NCBI GenBank assembly: GCA_021613535.1
Contig: CP075496.1
Location: 3,596,001-3,660,000 of the forward strand
Direction of reading: 5' to 3'
DNA: 64,000 bases
DNA from: Adineta vaga
Lineage: Eukaryota > Animalia > Rotifera
Shown here: positions 58,978-64,000 of the stretch, piece after piece
How the letters are laid out: each line of letters begins with the position of its first letter
Position numbering within the stretch: position 1 is the first letter of the stretch
Translations under genes and position numbers: made by a program
The notes under the pieces: generated by a model
The model's input: only the letters and a program-made list of their open reading frames with translations
What the model was told of the DNA's origin: nothing
Databases searched by the model: none

Positions 58978-60775
58978 ATGTTATTTGATGTTCTATTAAC
59001 CATTTCCGATGTCGTGGAAACGCAACCGATTAGTGAACAGAATGTTTATTCGTAAGAAATTTCATTAAAAGTTTAAATCATTTCAATCTATTTTATTTTC
59101 AAGGAGATATAGTATTTTTACTATTATTGATTCATCTCATCTTTCGACATTTGTAATTGCTCTAATTCTGATTGTTTACGGAAGTTTTCGGTAAGAGTTG
59201 ATCTTTTCTTTTCATTTAGAATGCGGTAAATTCTAAACAAAATCTTTTCTTTTGTTTTTTAGAGCATTAGATCTCGATAAAGCAAAAGAGTCTTCTATGT
59301 CAAATAAATTTCTGTCTGAAACATCAAGCAATGAACAAGGTTATTTGCAATGCAACACTTGAACATCTCATATTCAAATTTTTGTTCTTATGTTTTTCAG
59401 CTCCCCATTCACATGTCATTGAAACAATGCATGCAATTGCACTTCCTCTCGGTGCATCAATATCCTTAATTATCATGTTCTTCTTTTTTGATTCCCTTCA
59501 AACAGTCTTCATTCTTTGTACAGCAAGTAAGTTTCCTTCAAAGGATCACTTTTTTCTTTATCAAGGATTATGTTTGAATTAGTTTTAGCCACAATGGGTT
59601 TTGCTTATCTTCTTACACCATGTTGTCAAGTAATACTTCGTCCATGTTCCGATAATACTAAGTACACGATATCCTATTAATCGTTTGTTTTCTTTTTAAT
59701 ATAATTTTTTTTTGTAGGATTTCTTTTGGTATTTGTGGTCGTTATACATTATCTGAAATTGTTGCCTTTAGTTTATCTGTAGGACTTGTCCTAATCTGGA
59801 TTATAACTGGACATTGGCTATTTATGGATGGTAAATACAAATGAATATCTTTCAAATGAAATTCTTCTTGTTTTCTTTAATTTAGTTATTGCAACAGGTT
59901 TATGTATATCGTTCATTGCTCTTGTTCGACTACCAAATTTGAAGGTCTCAGCATTATTATTATTAGGTCTAGTGATCTATGATGTTTTTTGGGTATATTT
60001 TTCACATTATATATTCACAACGAATGTTATGGTTCGAGTCGCAACTCGAGAAGCAGAAAATCCAGTAAATTCATTTGAATTGAATAGAAATGAAACGTTC
60101 AAAAACTCGATGATTTATTTTTAGTTAACAACTATTGCAAAACGATTAAATTTTGATCGATATCGTGCACCTAGACTTTCATTACCTGGTAAAATTGTTT
60201 TTCCAAGGTAAATAGATAAATAAAGAATAGAGTAATCTTTTTCGTTATTTAAATTGAAATTCTTTTTTTTCCTTCTAATCTTAGTATGCAGCACCAAGGT
60301 CGATTTTCATTACTTGGTCTTGGAGATATAATTATGCCTGGACTTGTTCTTTGTTTCGTTCTACGTTATGAATCTCGAAAACGAACAATTAATTTGTATA
60401 ATAATGATCCTTTATTATTAATTAATCGCTTAACATATTTTCAATGTTCTCTATTCGGTTATTGTGCAGGTAAACAAGTATTTCTCAATTTTGTTTATCT
60501 TGAAAAGAATGATTTATCTATTCAAGGTTTAATAACAGCAACTATTTCTTCGGAAATATTCAAATGTGCTCAACCGGCACTTTTATTTCTTGTTCCATTT
60601 ACATTATTACCATTGTTATTAATCGCCTACTTAAAAGTAAATTTAAATATTAGTCATATTTTATACAAAGTTTTTGATGACTGTAATTTAGGGTGATCTT
60701 AATTCAATGTGGTCAGATCCATTTGCTGAGAATGGCGAAATATCATCTTCATCGTGCAAATTACTAAATGTTTAA
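58978..60775 (+). CDS. SPPL3: Signal peptide peptidase-like 3 (GxGD intramembrane aspartyl protease)
   Basis: [47 protein letters not shown] (YD), [13 protein letters not shown] (GxGD), [10 protein letters not shown] (PAL) and [11 protein letters not shown]. Confidence 0.95.
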
Positions 60776-61342
60776 TGTCAGATAGTGTGTTTTGTTATAT
60801 TGTTTTTCTTTTCATCGTTTATACATTCATTCATTTCAGTGTGTGTGTATCTATCTATACTTCAGATTTTCTATGTCGGATTGAACGCTTCTTTATTTCT
60901 TAGAACAGTTTGTCATAGTGTTTTCTTTACTCTCTCTCTACTTATTGTCGTACTTGGATCTGCCTCTTGGTTTTGTACGAACAGTTTGATAGACATATAT
61001 AATTTAAAACAATGAAATTCTGCGTTATAATAAACGCATATCTTTAGATAGTTCAATAAATGTGAGATAAATCTACATAAGCAGAATGTTACAAACCCCA
61101 TGAAACATCTACTGAATTGTACTTTGAAAGTTAAAAAGAACTGTTGGAAATAATGTATTGTTTACTTGAAGAAGAAGAAAAGGAGAGAAAGGCTGTAACT
61201 TTTGCTCTTAGGCTGTTGACATTATTTCGAATCTTTTGAATCAAAGCAAACTCAAAGATACATTGGCAAAGTAATGATTTCTTACGGTTATATTTTTTAT
61301 TCAAAGAGAAAAAAATTAAATATTTTCAAAAGAAAAACATCT

Positions 61343-62200
61343 CTAAACAGGTGCCGGTGATGGATGTTTTCGCCAGAAATCTTCGACGACATCATGAATA
61401 TTACGATTTGATTCTCTCCATTCTCGTTGCCATTGACGTAATTCTTGTACTTCAGGCTGTTTACGAACGCGATAGCCACGATAGAATGATTGAATTTTTA
61501 ATGCAGCTTCCTCTTCATTCCATAAGAGTGATTTCGGTAATGGTGCACGTGGATATTTTTCAAAATGTGTATGAACAAAAGGAATTTCTTCAAGAGATTT
61601 CTCTTTAAAAGATAATTCACGATTTTGTTCATCCATGGAATCAATTCGTTCGGGATTATTATAATATAAATAACGTGTTAGATAATCTAATGCATTAAAA
61701 GCACTACGTTTTCGTTCTAAACATTTACGTTTTTCTGCTTCAACTAATAATTGTTCGATACCTTTTAATAAAATTGGATAAACATATTTTTCTAGATATT
61801 CAATGGTTGGAATTTCTTTTGGACTTTTTTTCATTGGTGTTTTTGGACGATGACTAGCAGTTTGTGTTACTAATTCTCGTTCGAAATCTTCGACAGGTGT
61901 TAAAGCATAATTAATACAAGATGGATGCGATATTCGTGTATCGATTTGAATTTGTGTAATATCATCAATAGGAGCAATGGTATAAGATTGATTACAAAAG
62001 ACGGGTGTATGTTTAGATGGATCATAGATTTTTTTATCTAATATAGGCTTCTTCGATTCCTGAGAATCAGAATGTTTCTTTTCAGCATGAAGAAATGAAC
62101 CTGGTGGAGCATTCGCTATGACTTGAGCACGTTTATTTGCATATTCAGCACATATTTCTTCCCATAAATTCGTTTCTTTATTTGCAATTATAACTGGCAT
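61343..62200 (-). CDS. IQCK: IQ domain-containing protein K-like, single-exon CDS
   Basis: EYLEKYVYPILLKG...KCLERKRSAFNALDYLTRYLYYNNP and the IQ motif AALKIQSFYRGYRVRK...QELRQWQ. Confidence 0.85.
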   Translation of the reverse strand: MPVIIANKETNLWEEICAEYANKRAQVIANAPPGSFLHAEKKHSDSQESKKPILDKKIYDPSKHTPVFCNQSYTIAPIDDITQIQIDTRISHPSCINYALTPVEDFERELVTQTASHRPKTPMKKSPKEIPTIEYLEKYVYPILLKGIEQLLVEAEKRKCLERKRSAFNALDYLTRYLYYNNPERIDSMDEQNRELSFKEKSLEEIPFVHTHFEKYPRAPLPKSLLWNEEEAALKIQSFYRGYRVRKQPEVQELRQWQREWRESNRNIHDVVEDFWRKHPSPAPV

Positions 62201-63529
62201 GATTATAAGTACAATTAAACAAAATCTAAAAGAAGATTGAAAGTTTAATAATCTTGTTCTTTGACAAGAATATTATTATAGGCAAAAATTAACTTCATTA
62301 GTAGAATAATTCTTGATTAAATCGAAGAAATCAATCGAGTGTACTGAGATAAGACAAATCAGATAAAAAAGAGTAAGGTTAGTTTTTCTTCTTCTTGTTC
62401 TTCAAAATAGTTTATGATCAAAAGAATCAAACAACCATCATAAAATCCTTCTCCATGTGTTTAACCTTTTTTTGATCGTTTCATTCGATAGATGTCGTTC
62501 TTTTCATTACCGAATTGATTCGTTCTGTTCTATCCAATATCTATGAACGAAATGAATGAATGAATGTTCCTTCTCCTCTTCTTCTTTCATTACACTTTTT
62601 TCTTCTTCTTGTTCTTTTTTTTTGATGATGTTTATTTTCTTTCGATGATTATTTAGAACTGAATTTCTTTTTCGCGTCGTTTTCATCTACCATCCTACGT
62701 ACATATTTCGAACATAGGTAAAGGTTTCTAGTGTTTTTACTTTGTCCTTCTAGAAATGAACAAGTAGAAAAGTAATTAAATCTATGAGTTAATATCACAT
62801 GGAGAAATAAATTGATATCAGTGTAGATAAATATCGATTTTTTACGTCCTACTCGATTAATATTTAAGTTAACACACACACTAGGATATCTAACTGTAAC
62901 GATCATCGAATATAATCGCTACAATCTGTATTCAAGAGCGTAGAAGAATTTTTCCTTCCTGTTTCTTCTGACAAGTACATGACTCTTGTTCTTTCGTCAT
63001 TTTTCTTTCCCGTTTTTTTCCTTTTACCATAGTTTTCTGAAGGTTACAGACACGATAGACAGAGAGAAAAAAGAACAAGGCTGCAAGCATGCATCAAAAT
63101 CCTTTGGATAAACAAGCAGGCCCAATGTCGCTAGAAGCATTGACGTTATTTCTGTATTATCATTTTGATGTTGTCGTACTTAGTCTTTGTATTTCTAATC
63201 TTTCTTTGAATCGTCATGTGACAGATAGAAAAAAATAACGAACGAACGAATGATTCTGAAAAAGTGTGAGACGTTTTTAATCTGCATAGATATGTCTCCT
63301 GATCGGTATGCGAACTTCTTTCATCAACATCCTTGACATTCGGATTAGTCGATGCACAAAGCAATAGGATATTTCATCGATAACTACAAGAAAAAAAAGG
63401 TTGTCGTTTCTATTTGTTATTTTCTTTTTGTTTTAGATTCTGTCTCTTTCTCTTTTTTTCCTTTCGTATTCGATCGCGTTTTTTATTTATTAGTTTTTGT
63501 TCATTTAAAAAATGTCCTAGACTGGTAAC

Positions 63530-64000
63530 ATGTATGCTTATGTTGAATTATCAAACGTCGCACGAACAGATTCGATTATTCAATCATTATCATGGATGAG
63601 TTATGTATCTACTCCATCTTCAACATCAAATATAACCAATGAGGAAAATGAGAATCTTAATACTACGGCAACTAGTACCAATAATAATGATGACGATACT
63701 GATCGTTCAATTCCTGCCTCAACTCAACAACCAATTAATCTGTGTGATGGATGGTTAGCAACAGGTAATACAAATAATATTGTTAGTGTGACATATTCAT
63801 CGATTCGATCGAATGAAAATGCAACAATTCCTGATCGAACGAATTTTAATCTTCGGGCACATCGTACAGAAGTTTGCCTAGTATCATGGAATGTTCCATT
63901 TCAAAAATTAGCAACTGTCGATGAAAAAGGTGTTATTTTTGTTTGGGTGAAACATGATAATCGTTGGTCATTAGAATTAATTAATGATCGTAGTCATCCG
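63530..64000 (+). CDS. TULP4: Tubby-related protein 4 (WD40 N-terminus), continues beyond the window
   Basis: Open frame from ATG 63530 to the window end: MYAYVELSNVARTDSIIQSLSW...GWLATGN...RTNFNLRAHRTEVCLVSWNVPFQKLATVDEKGVIFVWVKHDNRWSLELINDR, matching the TULP4 N-terminus. Missed by the ORF track because there is no stop in the window. Confidence 0.92.
   Translation, partial: MYAYVELSNVARTDSIIQSLSWMSYVSTPSSTSNITNEENENLNTTATSTNNNDDDTDRSIPASTQQPINLCDGWLATGNTNNIVSVTYSSIRSNENATIPDRTNFNLRAHRTEVCLVSWNVPFQKLATVDEKGVIFVWVKHDNRWSLELINDRSHP

Overview
AT-rich, gene-dense animal genomic DNA with many ~45-90 bp GT-AG introns. It most resembles a bdelloid rotifer (inferred from base composition, intron size, an F-box family typical of the group and a bacterial-type gene; not proven). 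Gene order: EB1/MAPRE (-, runs off the left edge), Ser/Pro-rich orphan (+), divergent Tubby-domain gene (-), orphan (-), a ~5.5 kb gene-free region, a nuclear-receptor LBD gene lacking a DNA-binding domain (+), PPP1R37-like LRR gene (-), RPB9/POLR2I (-), intronless DUF1761-like gene (+), USP25/28 (+), His-rich putative mitochondrial orphan (+), two-domain phosphoethanolamine N-methyltransferase (-), GST-zeta (-), CAP-H-like kleisin (-), type I fatty acid synthase (-), ABCB/P-glycoprotein (+), intronless PPT1-like thioesterase (-), small 4-TM orphan (-), a decayed zone (calnexin pseudogene, truncated F-box ORF, coiled-coil remnant), SPPL3 (+), IQCK (-), TULP4 (+, runs off the right edge). The best candidate for an undescribed system is the ~726-aa DBD-less, DAX-1/SHP(NR0B)-like receptor. 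It carries three NR-box-like motifs, eh1-like, CtBP-type and beta-TrCP-degron motifs, and its large upstream region holds NR5A/FTZ-F1-type sites, suggesting an invertebrate NR5A-NR0B feedback circuit. Secondary candidates are a phosphatidylcholine/lipid gene neighbourhood, an operon-like POLR2I-PPP1R37 pair and possible horizontally acquired genes. All exon models were spliced by eye, family calls rest on recalled motifs rather than searches, and boundaries may be off by a few bases.
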